A DNA stretch of 62,759 bases, the filler included, from Limisphaerales bacterium (GTDB taxonomy: Bacteria > Verrucomicrobiota > Verrucomicrobiia > Limisphaerales > SIBE01), in the NCBI GenBank assembly GCA_044225505.1. It is 5 parts of 5 records of this genome, joined end to end, with 100 filler letters (N's around TTAATTAATTAA, not from the genome) between each part and the next. Parts side by side here need not be neighbours in the genome. Positions count along the whole stretch, not along the records: positions 50,425 to 62,759 come from JBGAIN010000211.1; 4 more parts are not named here. The stretch is one strand, 5' to 3'. The first letter of the stretch is position 1. Every line of letters begins with the position of its first letter. Under the pieces are notes generated by a model. That model searched no databases, had not been told where the DNA came from, and saw nothing but the letters and a program-made list of their open reading frames with translations. Shown piece after piece: positions 61,920 through 62,759 of this stretch. The translations under genes were made by a program, and so were the position numbers.

Positions 61920-62759
61920 TCAGAACAAGCTGGGCTGTTTGTTCTGGCCAGGCTTCAGGCCCAGCTTTCGGTGACCGAGTTCCGTGGCGATGCGACCTTG
62001 AGGGGTCCGGTTCAAATACCCTTCCAAAATGAGGTAGGGCTCATAAACCTCTTCCAAAGTATCGGGTTCTTCGCCCACTGCCACGGCCAAGGAGCTAATC
62101 CCGACAGGCCCACCACTAAATTTCAGGATGATCGTTTCCAAAATTCTCTTGTCCATCTCGTCCAAGCCGTCCTCGTCAATTTCCAAAATTGCCAGTGCCT
62201 TGTCTGCGACCTCTTGAGTAATCTGCCCTTCTGCACGCACCTGCGCGTAATCGCGCACTCTTCGGAGCAGATTGTTCGCGATGCGCGGCGTGCCACGACT
62301 TCGGCGTGCAATTTCATGCCCACCGGACTCCTCGATCGCGATGTTGAGCAAGCGTGCCGAACGGACCACGATCTTCTGGAGTTGATCGGTCTGGTAGTAG
62401 TCAACGCGTTCGCGGACAGGAAAGCGGGTTAAGAGCGGGGCCGTTAGCAACCCGCTTCGCGTTGTCGCGCCAATGAGCGTAAACCGAGGGAGGTTCAGAC
62501 GGACACTGCGGGCGTTCGGCCCTTGATCGATAATGATGTCCAGCTTGAAGTCCTCCATGGCTGGATAGAGATACTCTTCAATCGTCTTTTGCAGACGGTG
62601 GATCTCATCGATAAACAGAACGTCGCCTTCTTCCAGGTTTGTAAGCAATCCAGCCAAATCACCAGCCTTCTCAATCGTCGGCCCGCTAGTGCTTTTGAGG
62701 TTTGCTCCCATCGCTTTGGCGATGATATTCGCCAGCGTGGTCTTGCCCAATCCGGGCGG
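61920..62759 (-). CDS. ruvB: Holliday junction helicase RuvB (5' truncated by the window)
   Basis: [41 protein letters not shown]. Confidence 0.98.
   Translation of the reverse strand, partial: PPGLGKTTLANIIAKAMGANLKSTSGPTIEKAGDLAGLLTNLEEGDVLFIDEIHRLQKTIEEYLYPAMEDFKLDIIIDQGPNARSVRLNLPRFTLIGATTRSGLLTAPLLTRFPVRERVDYYQTDQLQKIVVRSARLLNIAIEESGGHEIARRSRGTPRIANNLLRRVRDYAQVRAEGQITQEVADKALAILEIDEDGLDEMDKRILETIILKFSGGPVGISSLAVAVGEEPDTLEEVYEPYLILEGYLNRTPQGRIATELGHRKLGLKPGQNKQPSLF

Overview
A GC-rich bacterial window. Gene content and protein style suggest Verrucomicrobiota (Pedosphaera/Limisphaerales-like), which is an inference. It consists of five ~12 kb contigs joined by artificial 100-bp N/TTAATTAATTAA spacers, so adjacency across the spacers is meaningless. 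Contig 1: partial fkp, ROK kinase, trpF, pdxH, folK, dapF-dapA-dapB, a secreted glucuronyl C5-epimerase-like gene and a hopanoid cluster. Contig 2: adk, a histidine kinase/sigma54 regulator/LysM operon, lptF, an RRM protein and thiC with a TPP riboswitch. Contig 3: an AraC/TonB-receptor/piuC/piuB/tonB/exbBD iron-uptake cluster with two unexplained extra genes, bracketed by two copies of a ~310-bp REP-containing element that each end in a (GATTAC)n microsatellite. Next to the left copy lies a four-helix-bundle gene remnant flanked by inverted hexamer repeats. Contig 4: padR, a 1713-aa secreted protein with a probably inactive hydrolase domain, a RAYT transposase with long inverted flanks, a TonB-plug/kinase chimera and an IS remnant. 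Contig 5: psd-pssA, rluA, surA-like, an N-terminal-half carB and ruvB. The best candidates for undescribed biology are a C-terminal '...W...FFR(L/I)' domain shared by two unrelated secreted proteins, the REP/microsatellite/four-helix-bundle repeat system, two 11-bp-phased promoter arrays and the extra TonB-operon genes. Frameshifts in dapA, shc, piuC and pssA are probably sequencing errors. All calls come from reading the sequence by eye; no searches were run.
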